A stretch of 64,000 nt of DNA from Eledone cirrhosa (Eukaryota). The position numbers and the translations under genes are program-made. Each line of letters begins with the position of its first letter. The first letter of the stretch is position 1. Location of the stretch: positions 45,074,001 to 45,138,000 of the forward strand of contig OZ024747.1 in assembly GCA_964016885.1 (NCBI GenBank), written 5' to 3'. The notes below the pieces were generated by a model, which worked only from the letters and a program-made list of their open reading frames with translations, did not search any database and was not told the DNA's origin. This document shows positions 37,698 to 50,216 of this stretch, one piece after another.

Positions 37698-37939
37698 GCT
37701 TCATATTAACATTGGGTTGTAAACTGATAGGTATATAAATAACAAACCTTTATTGTTGGAGTAGGACTGCATATCTGTAATAAGATAATACTTATTATAT
37801 ATATATGTATATATAAATATATATATATTGGGTGTGAATGATACTGATTGTATCTTGAGCTGATTGATCGCGAAATGCTTGACACACATGAATAAACATA
37901 ATGATACTTTGACACCTCATTCCTAGTCATTAACAATTA

Positions 37940-38511
37940 TTAGTAGAGGGTCGGACGTCATGCTTTGACGCATAGAGTTACGGCCCTTTCCATTCTGAGT
38001 TCAAATCCCACCGAGGTTAACTTTGCCTTTCATCCTTATGGGGAAGATAAAATAAAGTACCAGTAATACACTGGGTAATTGCAGCCCTTGTGCCAAAAGT
38101 AGAAACAATTATTATTATTAGTGGAGTGCAAGTATCGGTAGAGGATCGGATGCCATGATTTGACGCATAGAGTTACGGCCCTTGCCATTCTGAGTTCAAA
38201 TCCCACCAAGGTTAACTTTGCCTTTCATCCTTACCGGGTCAATAAAATACACTGGGATAATTGCTGGCCAAAAGTAGAAACAATTATTATTAGGGTGGTG
38301 GATTGGCAGTATCGGTTGAACATCAGACACCATGCTTTGCAAGCATAGAGTTACGGCCTTTTACATTCTGAGTTCAAATCCGAGGTTAGTTTTGCCTTTC
38401 ATCCTTACGGGGTTGATAAAATGAAGTACCAGTCATGCACTGGGGTCAATTTAATCGTCTTTCCTCCTCCCCCAAATTGCTGGCCTTGTGCCTAACGTAG
38501 AAACAATTATT
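37940..38511 (+). mobile_element. Three tandem SINE A copies
   Basis: ~37940-38112, 38118-38290 and 38292-38511. Confidence 0.9.
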
Positions 38512-39454
38512 GTATATATGTATATACACACACAACACACATATATATATATATATAGGAAGGACTAGTTTCAGTAAGTTCCTTAAATAAGAAAGAAGAA
38601 ATGCCCCTGGTACAACGAGGGAAATAGTAGTTAAGAATAACAAACTGTATACATAACATAAACTAAGGATATCACAAGCAGGGTAACAAAGAATGTAGGC
38701 TTTGTATTTGACAGATGTACAGAAGTAGGAAGCACATGCATTTGGCTCTACTAAATGCTCAGATGGTTGCTTACAAGTAGCTGACAGTTTTTTTTTACCT
38801 GAGTGATCTAATCAGAATGGGGGTCACCTTTCTTGAATAAGCATAAGTTGGAAACATTTCAGAAAGCTATTACTTTGGCTGGCATCAAAGAATTTCCCTC
38901 TCAGTATGAAGGGCAGATTTTGAAAATACAAATAAATATTTCATTATATATCTATATTTTGACACTGTTTGCACTTGGCAGCAGAAATTAATATTTAACA
39001 ATGAAGAAGATATGTAAGGAATTTTCTGAGGTTAAATATAATATGCCATTTATCCTCATCATCATTGTTTAACATCTATTTTCTATGCTTGCATGTATTA
39101 TAGAGGCTAGACTATTCAAGCGAGCATGTCTTGCTTGTACATTCCATCTTTGGCTTGGTTTCTATGGCTGGATGCCTTTCCAAATGCCATCATGTACTGG
39201 GAGCATGATTTCTATGGTAGAAGGCTTTTCTAACACCAACCACTTTGCAGCACACATTTATTATGACTCAGGTACTATCACCTTACAGTTTGGACTAGTT
39301 GCTTTCCATTATGGCACCAACACTATACTTGGGTGTATTTTTATCATGGCTTCCTCATTGAGGGTGAGCATTAACAGAAATGAGGGGATTGTACCTCCAC
39401 GGGAGCGGAAGCATTGGGTCAGGTGAATGGCCTTTGAGAAATCAGAATCTCTCA

Positions 39455-40630
39455 GGGAAATGGCCTTGCCCAGTGGTAGGAAAAGTGTAGGTAGAAATTC
39501 CATCCTCTGTCCCAAATGCAAACAATGGGTGCACAAAAGATGTAGTGAGATCTCAGGAAGTTTAGTGGAAAATGTAGGTTTTACATGTAGCCATTGCTCT
39601 GTAACATTAAGCAGCAAATGACTACAGGAAACAAGCACTACCATATTCTGGGAGGGCTCAGTAGAAACAGTAGACAGCTTCTGCTACATAGGTGACCGAA
39701 TTAGCACTAGAGGTGGGTGTTCTGAAAGTACAGTAGCCAGAGTGAGAATGGGATAGAAGAAGTTCAGGGAGCTTACACTGCTGCTAGTTATAAAAGGCTT
39801 TTTCCTCAAAAGGAAAGGCAGACTGTATGATGCATGCATATGAACAACAATGTTGCAGGGTAGTGAGACCTGGGCGCTGAGTGCAGAAAATTTGCATTGA
39901 TTGGAAAGAAATGAAGCTTGCATGCTCCAATGGATGTGTAATAGTAATATACGTGAATGGCAAAGCATAAATGAACTGTGAGAGAAACTGGGCATAAGAG
40001 GAATCAGATTCAATGCGCAGGAGAGAAGATTACTTTGGTATGAACATGTGATATATATGAAGGATAATAGCTGTATAAAAAATGCAGAGTGCTCAAAGAT
40101 GATGGAAGCCTTGGAGTGGGGAGACTCGGAATGAGGTGATAAAAGCTTACCTTGCTCAATTGCACCTCTCAAAGATGATGACAAAGGACTGAGATCTCTG
40201 GAATTATGCAGTAATACAGAAGACCCACCTTCCAATGGGCACAGGCTGAAGCTGAAGTATGCATAACTCCAACCTCCACCCTACTCCACTCCTACATACA
40301 TCTCCCATGAGGACAGGCTGAAGCATACACCTAGTGACGCCACAAGCCCACACTGTAAAGTGGTCATGATGGCAACATGGCAAACATAATAAAGTGTTTG
40401 TGAAGGTGTCATGGCAAAAAGCATCCAGCCCACACTGTAAAGTGTTAATGTAGGTGTCATGACAAAAACACTCAGTACTCACTGTAAATGTGGTTGGCAT
40501 TAGCAAAGGCATCCAACAGTAGAAACCAAGCCAAAATCAGTTGTGCAAGACAAGGTCACCTGACCTGGCATTTCTCATTACAGGAAAACTCGCTTGTCTA
40601 AGTCATGGTAGTGTGGAAAAATAGAATATA
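39455..40630 (+). mobile_element. Decayed RTE LINE 3' part (subfamily a)
   Basis: VGRNSILCPKCKQWVHKRCS; stops and frameshifts; 3' UTR repeats. Confidence 0.9.
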
Positions 40631-40732
40631 AATTGATATATAAATATATGTTATATATAAGTGTATATATATATATATGTTATATATATATATATTGATG
40701 CATATATATGTTATATATATATTGATGTATAT

Positions 40733-40764
<32 letters not shown>

Positions 40765-40801
40765 GTTATATATAAATATATATGTTATATTTATTTATAT
40801 A

Positions 40802-41130
40802 TGGAGGCACATGGCTTAGTGGTTAGAGCATTGGCCTTGCAATCGAAAGGTTGTGAGTTCAATTCTCAGACCGGGTGATGTGTTGTTTCCTTGAGCAAGA
40901 CACTTTATTTCACATTGCTCCAGTTTACTCAGCTGTAGAAATGAGATGATAGGGGTCCCTATCATTCCACTGCAAAGTGGTCGTGGAGGTGCCACGGCAA
41001 AAAAGCACCCAGCACTCACTGTAAATGAGGTTGGTGTTAGGAAGGGCATCCAGCTGTAGAAATCAAGCCAAAATCAGTTCCCGTCCCACCCTTGCAAGCA
41101 GGGAAAAGCGGACGTAAAATGAAATGATGA
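40802..41130 (+). mobile_element. SINE B with RTE tail
   Basis: Near-identical to 43634-43982. Confidence 0.92.
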
Positions 41131-41236
41131 TATATGTTATATATAAATATATATGTTATATATATATGTTATATATATATACATATTGATGTATATATAT
41201 ATGTTATATATATATATTGATGCATATATATATGAT

Positions 41237-41582
41237 ATCATCATCACCGTTTTACGTCTGTTCTTCCACGCTAGCATGGGTTAGACGGGTTGTCCTGTTG
41301 TAGGCAGTGTTCAGTCGGCTGACCTTGTCTTGCTCATACGGGAACTGATTCTGGCTTGATTTCTAACACCAACCTCATTTACAGTGAGTACTGGGTGCTT
41401 TATTCTGTGGCGCCTACACGACAACTTTGCAGTGGAATCATCTCATTTCTACAGCTGAGTAAACTGGAGCAATGTGAAATAAAGTGTCTGGCTCAAAGAA
41501 AAAACACATCACCCGGTCCGAGAATTGAACTCACAACCTTTCGATTGCAAGCCCAATGCTCTAACCACTAAGCCATGTGCCA
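41237..41582 (-). mobile_element. SINE B with RTE-a tail
   Basis: Tail matches the RTE-a terminus; tRNA-like head at ~41520-41582. Confidence 0.9.
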
Positions 41583-41584
41583 TA

Positions 41585-41805
41585 TACATATTGATGTATA
41601 TATATATATGTGTTATATATATATATATATATGCATCTATATATGTTATATATATATTGATGTATATATATATATATATATATATGTTATATATATATGT
41701 TATATATATATTGATGTATATATATATGTTATATATATATGTTATATATATATTGATGTATATATATATAGATATGTTATATATATATGTGTTATATATA
41801 TATGT

Positions 41806-41843
<38 letters not shown>

Positions 41844-41902
41844 TGTATATATATGTTATATATATATGTATATATATATATTATATATATATATATATAT
41901 AT
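41585..41902. repeat. TA-rich compound microsatellite
   Basis: tatatgtt / attgatgta units. Confidence 0.95.
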
Positions 41903-43633
41903 TGATGTGGTTTTGAAGTCTTTAGAATTATGGTCATGGCCACAGGTTTGGGTTCAATCATTTAGAGGAATGATGACACATGATATATTATTTCCTGTAT
42001 GTGACTATCAAAATGGTGAGGCATAAAAATATCTACAACAAAATTATCAGGTTGGTGGTTTTTATTGATTTGCCTCAGTATTCTACTTGTAACCTTCATA
42101 CATGTTACTGAATGAAGAAAGATAAGATTTATATATATATATATAGGCATACATACACACACACACATATATATATATATAAATAATGCATACAAACATA
42201 CATGCATACATACTCACACATACATACACACCTCCCTATATATATATATATATATACAAGCTGTCCCTCCAAAAATATATACAGTTTGATTACCTGTTCA
42301 GGCAATATTTATTGAATGATGTTTATGTATACATTTTTGGGGGACACCCTGTACATATAATACCAGTCATACGACAAGATGCCAGACCTCATTCACTTAA
42401 CAAGTGGGGTAGAGCTTGTCATATTGGACTGAGGAAACAATGTTTCCATTGGTCTTTCCAATTGCTAATATTATCAACCTGTCTCAAATCCACGCAGAAG
42501 GAGCAACATGAAATAAAATGTCTTACTCGAAGACATAAAACATTGCCTGGTCTGGGAATCGAACTCACAACCTCACGATTGCAAATCCAGTTCTCTAAAT
42601 ACTCAGTCACATATGTGCATAGAAACATACACATCTATATACATACACATCTACACATACACACACACACATATACATATACATACACACAGATATTTAG
42701 AAATATGTATAGGAATACATGTCCATGAGATAAGCTAAATAACAGTATATCAAGGTACATTTCTCTTCATTTGTTTATTTTTTAAAATATATTTCGTTTA
42801 GATTTTAAAGTATTTCTCTTCACGAAATGGTAGTCAGTAATAAATGGCAACAAGAAAGATGATAGAATGAAGTGCTGATACAGGAACTAGAATCTCTTGT
42901 TTTTTCTTTTGTTTGTTTGTTCATTTGTTTTTCACCACATGACAAATGCTAATAAAAAAACGAAAAAATAGTAAAAAAAAACAAACTAAAATAATAATAG
43001 TAAAAAATAGTAATAAATAAAATAATAAAAAAAACAATAGTGATACATAAATAAATAAAATAAAATAAAATAAAAGCAAGCAAGCAAGAATAAAAGAATA
43101 AAAATGTTATGGAAGGGAAGAAGCAAATTGGTGCTCCTAAACATAGTTTACAAAACATAAATTTTGTTTCCACTTTCTTATTTATGTGGACTGGCATCTT
43201 ATTTACTGCCAGGTTTTTAGGGGACCAAATTACACCCCATTTTAATATTTCTTCTTTCTTTTTAGTTTAACTTTCCCTTTATTTTTTCTATTTTTGGAAC
43301 TATTTGTACATTTATACTCCTTTGCACATGCTATCCTTCATGTTATGATTTACATGGTATATATATATATACACACACACAAACACATTCGTACCAATAC
43401 ACACATACACACTCACGTGTGAATGCACACACACACACATGCACAAGTGCAGGTATGGTTGTGTGGTTAAAAAAAATCCATTTCACAATGATGAGGCTTC
43501 CAAATCATTCCCACTGCTTGAAACAGTGGATAGATGTCTTCCACTATACCTTTCAGTAAGCAATAATGTTTAAATGAACTGTTGCAGATGGAAATTGTGC
43601 AGAAGCCCGTTGTGTGTGTGTGTGTATATATAT

Positions 43634-43982
43634 ATGGAGGCACATGGCTTAGTGGTTAGAGCATTGGCCTTACAATCGAAAGGTTGTGAGTTCAATTCTC
43701 TGACCGGGTGATGTGTTGTTTCCATGAGCAAGACACTTTATTTCACATTGCTCCAGTTTACTCAGCTGTAGAAATGAGATGATAGGGACTGGGGTCCATA
43801 TCCTTCCACTGCAAAGTGGTCGTGGAGGTGCCACGGCAAAAAAGTACCCAGCACTCACTGTAAATGAGGTTGGTGTTAGGAAGGGCATCCAGCTGTAGAA
43901 ATCAAGCCAGAATCAGTTCCCGTCCCACCCTTGCAAGCAGGGAAAAGTGGACGTAAAATGAAATGATGATGATGATGATGAT
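43634..43982 (+). mobile_element. SINE B with RTE tail
   Basis: Consensus match. Confidence 0.92.
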
Positions 43983-44149
43983 ATATATATATATATCATA
44001 AATGTAATCTGATTTTTTCAAATATTAATAATAACATTCGATTCGTTGGTAATTATACAAACAAGCCTCAATTTTATAGCCATGTCAGTCGAATGAACAC
44101 TTCATTCTTGCTCTTGTGTTGGCATGTGAACAGAATTGAGGATTGTTTG

Positions 44150-44385
44150 TATAATTGGTTTCTTATATAGGCACAAGGCCAGTAATTTTGGGGGAGGGGA
44201 AAATCGATTAAATCAACCCCAGTGCATGACTGGTATTTTATTTTATCGACCCCATAAGGATGAAAGGCAAAGTTAATCCCGCAGAGGTTAACTTTGCCTT
44301 TCATCCTTATGGGGTCGATAAAATAAAGTACCAGTAATGCACTGGGAAATTGCTGACCTTGTGCCAAATGTAGAAACAATTATTA
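44150..44385. mobile_element. Head-to-head pair of 5'-truncated SINE A copies
   Basis: ...aggatgaaaggcaaagttaa tcccgcagagg ttaactttgcctttcatcct... Confidence 0.85.
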
Positions 44386-44532
44386 ATATTCGAAAAATTC
44401 AGATTACATTTATTGTATTCAGCCATGTAGAGCGAAAATTTCTTTTATATATATATATTTATATAAATATATTTATATATATTTATGTAAATATAAATAT
44501 ATATATAAATATATATATATATATTTATGTAA

Positions 44533-44572
<40 letters not shown>

Positions 44573-44732
44573 CCTTATCGAGCCCTCTTTGGATTTCAGT
44601 CTTCACATTTATTATTATTATTATATATAAAGTACCAGTAATGCTGGCCTTGTGCCTAATGTAGAAACAATTATTATTATATATATATATATATATCAAT
44701 AGATATATAATAAACAACATAAGATAATTAAT

Positions 44733-44798
44733 TCATTCATTTACCAGTGGTTTCTTGAAGACAGATATTTATCTGTCTTCAGTCGTCAGAACGAATAA
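44733..44798 (-). ncRNA. Type I hammerhead ribozyme, canonical core
   Basis: Reverse complement: uuauucguu CUGACGA c ugaagacagau aaau aucugucuuca a GAAA cc acu gg UA aaugaauga; 9-bp stem I, 11-bp stem II, GUA triplet. Confidence 0.85.
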
Positions 44799-44900
44799 AA
44801 TGGAATGTTTATTAAAAATGGATTTGAAAACAAATTTGAGGGGAAATTATATATATATGTATCTATTTATATAAATATATATATTTATATAAATATATAT

Positions 44901-46242
44901 ATCATCATCATCATCGTTTAACGTCTATCTTCCATGCTAGACGGGAATTGTCCCACTTGAGGCAAGATTGGTCGTCTCGCTCATATAGGACTGTCTGGCA
45001 GATTTTCTATGGCTGGATTCCCCTCCTAACACCAACCACGTTTACAGTGTGGACTGGGAGGTTTTTACCATGTTACCTACATGGCCACATTACAGCGTGG
45101 ACTGTGTGTTTTTTGTTGTGACACCTACACGACCTCATTTATTTAGGACTAGATGTTGTGGTACCAACATAACTTTACAGAGAAAAGGGTGGTGTTGATG
45201 GGGGTGGGGTGGGGGTAGTTGGGTAGTGGGATGGGGGTGTATATTTGATTAAGAGGTGCCTACTGACTGTAGATTCCGCTTTGTACTTAGGCAAGGTGGG
45301 TTTTCTGTATTACTGCGTAGCGCCAAAGATCTCGGTCCAGTGACATTGTCTTAGAGTGTTTTGACATTATCTTAGAGAGTTTTAAGTGTGTAAAGTCGGA
45401 ATTTATCAAATCGTCCCAGGTATTTCTGGGACTGCCTACTCCATAACTCCTGTCAATTTTGATCACCCTGCACTTTTTTTATACAGCTGTTCATGCGCAT
45501 CACGTGACCATACCAACGTAGTCTTCTCTCGAGTAAACAGCATCTGATGCCTCTTATACCTAATCTCTCACTTAGTTCATTTGTGCTTTGCTGTTCACGT
45601 ATATTACTATTACACATACAGCAGAGCATGCATGCTTCGTTCCTCTCCAGTCTGCGCATATCCTCTGCACACAATGTCCATGTCTCACTGCCATGTAACA
45701 TTGCTGTTCGTATGCAGGCATCATACAGTCTGCCTTTCATTTTTCGAGAGAAACCTTTAGTGGCCAATAGTAGTATAAGCTCTCTGGACTTTTTCCATCC
45801 CGTTCTGACTCTGGCTACTGTACTCTCAGAACACCCTCCACCACTGCTAATTTTGTCACCCAGGTAACGGAAGGTGTCCACTATTTCTATAGAAACATCT
45901 GGGCAATGGACGGAGCTAGTATCCTGTGGGCACTTGCTACTTATTTCACCTGAGCACCGGCCACATATAAAATCTACGTTCTTAGATAGCTTACCTGTGA
46001 TCCAGCAACATCTTTTATGCACCCATACTTTGCATTTGGGACATAAAATGGAATTTCTGCCTACTCCTTTCCTACACACTGAGCATGGCCATTTCCCAGA
46101 GGGGACCTGTGCACTATTTTCCTTCCTACATACTCAAACTTTAGAATTAGACAAGTTAACGTTAAGGCCATTTGATCCTAGGCCATGCTTCCATGTTTGG
46201 AATTTCTTCTCTAGATCAGCCATGGATTCAGCTATGAGCGTT
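44901..46242 (-). mobile_element. 5'-truncated RTE LINE (subfamily b), frameshifted
   Basis: ORFs 45453..46079 and part of 46134..46385; (GAT)n tail. Confidence 0.93.
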
Positions 46243-46282
46243 ATATAAATATATATATATATATTTATATAAATATATGAAA

Positions 46283-46381
<99 letters not shown>

Positions 46382-46625
46382 TCATTTCATTTCATTTTAT
46401 GTCCGCTTTTTCCCTACTTGCAAGGGTGAGACTGGAATTGATTCTGGCTTGATTTCTACAGCTGGATGCCATTCCTAACACCAATCTCATTTACAGTGAG
46501 TGGTGAGTGTTTTTTTGCTGTGGCACCTCCACGACCACTTTGCTGTCCCTATCATATCATTTCTACAGCCAAGTAAACTGGAGCAATGTAAAATAAAGTC
46601 TCTTGCTCAAGGAAACAACACATCT
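46382..46625 (-). mobile_element. SINE B, 5'-truncated
   Basis: Reverse complement of the 40802-41130 body and tail. Confidence 0.8.
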
Positions 46626-46753
46626 GAGAAACTATATTTATATAAATATATATTTATATATATATATTTATATATATATATATATATATTTATATATTTA
46701 TATATATATATATTTATATATATATATTTATATATTTATATATATATTTATAT

Positions 46754-48938
46754 ATCATCATCATCATCATCAACGTTTAACGTCCGTGTTCCACGCTTGC
46801 ATGGGTTTGGACGGGGGTAGTCCCACTTGAGGCAAGAGTGATTGTCTTGCTTGCATAGGACTGTCTGGCAGGTTTTCTACAGTTGGATGCCCTTCCTAAC
46901 ACCAACCACATTTACAGTGTGGGTCTGGGAGGTTTTTACCGTGTTGCCTACACGGCCACATTACAGCGTGGACTGTGTGTTTTTTTTGTCGTGACACCTA
47001 CACGATCTCATTTGTTTCGGCCTGGATGGCGCGGCACCAACATAACTTTACATAGAACGGGGTGATGTGGATGGGGTGGGGGTGGTGGCGGGACGGGGTG
47101 TAGTTTGTTAGAGATGCCTACTGGCAAAGCGGGTCTTCTCTGTTACTGAGTACCGCCAAAGGTCACGGTCCAGTGACATTGTCTTGGAGAGGTGTAAGTG
47201 TGTGAGGTCGGAGTTTATCAGCTCATCCCATGTTTTTCTAGGTCTGCCTATTCCGTGGCTACCGTCTATCTTTATTGCCCTGCACTTTGTAATACAGCTA
47301 TCGACTTTCATGCGCATCACGTGTCCATACCAACGCAGCCTTCTCTCGAGTAAACAACATCTGATCCCTCTTATCTCTAATTTTTTCCTTAGTTCGTTTA
47401 TGCTTTGCCGTTCACGTATATTACTGTTACACATCCAGCGGAGCATGCAAGCTTCGTTCCTCTCTAGTCTGCGTATATCCTCTGCACACAATGCCCAGGT
47501 CTCACTACCATGCAACATTGCTGTTCGTATGCAGGCATCGTACAACCTGCCTTTCATTTTTAGGGAGAACCCTTTAGCAGCTAATAGTGGTATAAGCTCT
47601 CTGAACTTTTTCCAACCAGTTCTGACTCTAGCTACAGTACTTTCAGAGCACCCTCCCCCACTGCTGATTTTATCGCCCAGGTAACGGAAGCTGTCCACTA
47701 TTTCTATAGAACCCTCTGCGCAATTGAAAGAGCTAGTATTTTGTGGGCACTTGCTGCTACTTATTGCACCAGAACACCGGCCACATGTAAAGTCTATGTT
47801 CTTAGTTAGCTTACCTGTGATCCCACTACATCTTTTATGCACCCATACTTTGCATTTAGGACATAAGATGGAGTTTCTACCTACGCCTTTCCTACATACC
47901 GAGCACGACCATTTCCCAGAAGGGACCGCCGCCTTGTTTTCTTTCCTACAAACTAGAACTTTGGTCTTAGCCAGGTTAATTTTAAGTCCTTTTGACTCTA
48001 GGCCGTGCTTCCATGTTTGGAATTTCTTCTCTAGCTCGGCCATTGATTCCGCTATGAGTGTCAGGTCGTCTGCGTATAGGAGTTCCCATGGGCAGCCTGT
48101 CTTGAACTCCTCTGTTATAGCCTGAAGGGCAATAATAAATAGTAGGGGGCTGAGAACAGAGCCCTGATGGACGCCAACTTTTACGCTAAACTCTTCACTA
48201 TATTCGTTGTTAATTCTAACCTTGCTGACTGTTTCTTTATACATGGCTTGTATAGCCCTCACAAGCCATTCGTCAACGCCTAGTTTTCTAAGAGCCCACC
48301 AGATAATGGAGCGGGGGACTCTGTCGAAGGCTTTCTCCAGGTCGACAAAAGCTAAGTAGAGGGGTTTACCTTTAGCTAGGTACTTCTCCTGTAGTTGACG
48401 TACTATGAAAAGAGCGTCTGTGGTGCTTTTGCCTGACACAAACCCGAACTGCATTTCATCTAGATCAATTCTCTCTCTGATTAGTTGCGCTATTACTTTT
48501 TCCGTGACCTTCATGACCTGGTCGATTAATTTAATGCCTCTATAGTTACTCCTATCTAGGGCGTCTCCTTTACCCTTATAACAGTTAACGATGATGCTGC
48601 TATGCCAGTCCTTTGGAACAACCCCATTCTGTACGACTTGGTTAACTATGCGGGTGACCATGGTGTGTCCCACCGTGCCAGATGCCTTCAGCATCTCAGC
48701 AACTACTTCCGAAGGCCCAGCCGCCTTACCAGTCTTCATATCCTTGATTGCCTTACTTATTATACTCCCCTCGACTAACACTGCTGGTCCCTCTATCGGG
48801 TCGATATGGGGGAGACTGTCTTTCTCCCATTTATTCTCCTCATTTAGTAGCCTTTCATAGTGACACTTCCAAGCTACCTTCTTATCAGTGTCGGTGATGG
48901 CAAGTATGCCATCATCGTTAAGTACACACTTCTCCCCT
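46754..48938 (-). mobile_element. 5'-truncated RTE LINE (subfamily b), young copy
   Basis: Open frame, 3' UTR, (GAT)n tail, TA-rich repeats on both flanks. Confidence 0.97.
47108..48781 (-). CDS. RTE reverse transcriptase ORF (557 aa; frame appears open to ~48938)
   Basis: FVDLEKAFDRV, QGSVLSP, YADD, C4HC3 finger, HGSETW, RLRWYGHV. Confidence 0.9.
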   Translation of the reverse strand: MLVEGSIISKAIKDMKTGKAAGPSEVVAEMLKASGTVGHTMVTRIVNQVVQNGVVPKDWHSSIIVNCYKGKGDALDRSNYRGIKLIDQVMKVTEKVIAQLIRERIDLDEMQFGFVSGKSTTDALFIVRQLQEKYLAKGKPLYLAFVDLEKAFDRVPRSIIWWALRKLGVDEWLVRAIQAMYKETVSKVRINNEYSEEFSVKVGVHQGSVLSPLLFIIALQAITEEFKTGCPWELLYADDLTLIAESMAELEKKFQTWKHGLESKGLKINLAKTKVLVCRKENKAAVPSGKWSCSVCRKGVGRNSILCPKCKVWVHKRCSGITGKLTKNIDFTCGRCSGAISSSKCPQNTSSFNCAEGSIEIVDSFRYLGDKISSGGGCSESTVARVRTGWKKFRELIPLLAAKGFSLKMKGRLYDACIRTAMLHGSETWALCAEDIRRLERNEACMLRWMCNSNIRERQSINELRKKLEIRGIRCCLLERRLRWYGHVMRMKVDSCITKCRAIKIDGSHGIGRPRKTWDELINSDLTHLHLSKTMSLDRDLWRYSVTEKTRFASRHL

Positions 48939-49097
48939 ATATATATATATATTTATATATTTATAAATATATTTATATATATATATATATATTTATATAT
49001 TTATAAATATATTTATATATATATATATTTATATATATATATATATATTTATATATATTTATATATTTATATTTATATATATATATATATTTATATA

Positions 49098-49193
49098 TAA
49101 ATTACACAATAATCAAAACTATTTATCAAAACATTTTATTGCTGACAATCGTTTCTTCGGAGCACTAACAAAGTTTAAACATACAATTAACTT

Positions 49194-49195
<2 letters not shown>
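49098..49195 (-). repeat. Third copy of the 20304-family terminus, with HHR stem II deleted
   Basis: Reverse complement: gugcu CCGA a GAAA cgauug UC agcaaua; flanks match 20304-20425. Confidence 0.7.
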
Positions 49196-49262
<67 letters not shown>

Positions 49263-49264
49263 AG

Positions 49265-50188
49265 GGTGGGTAAAATGCCAGAGATCCATGGACGAGTTCT
49301 CTTCAGCGGTCTCTATTCCTCATTATCGCTGCCATGTCCTGTGTCTCCAACAGACCAGTGTCTGTCCTTAGGGCATCAACATACATTAACCTTGGTCTTC
49401 CCCTTCCAGTGTGTCCATGTAGGGTATCCCACAGGAGCACTGAGTACAATGTCAAATCTGAATGTCGGTGAGCATGTCCAGCTAACCCCAGTCTCCTCTG
49501 TGTCACTTTTGAGCTAACTTTTGGGAGGTTCCCATACAGCTCTGAGCTTTTCATCTTCAGTGTATACTGATTAATGTTCAGAGCCATCCTCAGCATTCTC
49601 GTGTAGCACCCATCCACCATCTGAGTGAGTTCTTTGAGATACTGGCTGGAGTGCTTCAGAGAGATACATTGGCTCCCTACCTTTTTATCATCGTAGTGGA
49701 CTATTGTATGCGTCTTGCACTGGAGAAACACCAGGACTCTGGCTTTACTGTAGCACCGAACAGAGCAGGAGAGTTAAAGCAAAAAAGATATCGGATGCTG
49801 AATTTGCCGACGACATAGTTTAGGTGACAAATACAGTGAAGGAGGCAGAAGATATATCGCTGAGTGTAGGGTTGAGAATGAATGAGACTAAAACAAAATA
49901 TCTGGTAGAGAATGTTGCGAAGCCAGAGGGTATCACTAATGTAGGCGGGAAGCCGCTAGAATTGGTTGAGGACTTCCTGTATTTGGGAGCAAAGATTGGG
50001 AATACGGAAGATGATGTGGTTGAGAGGAAGAGCAAAGCCTGGGCGGCGTGCCACAGCTTGAGATCGGTGTGGAAGTCGGACCTTCGTAAAGACCTGAAAA
50101 TCCGTCTCTTCATTGCTGTAGTGGAGTCTGTACTGCTGTACGGGTCTGAGACTTGGACACTGACCGAGAAACTCACACAGATGGTGGA
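49265..50188 (-). mobile_element. RTE-X-like LINE with 5' inversion: 3' part on - (49265-49632), upstream RT part on + (49640-50188)
   Basis: +: VLQRDTLAPYLFIIVVDY, EFADD, FLYLG, LLYGSETWTLTEKLTQMVD; -: ELTQMVDGCYTRMLR...RRLGLAGH...GRGRP. Confidence 0.85.
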
Positions 50189-50216
50189 TATATATATATA
50201 TATATATATAAATATA

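Noticed and set aside
40802-40875. tRNA genes at A-box/B-box sequences
   Set aside because: No full cloverleaf; always followed by a SINE body
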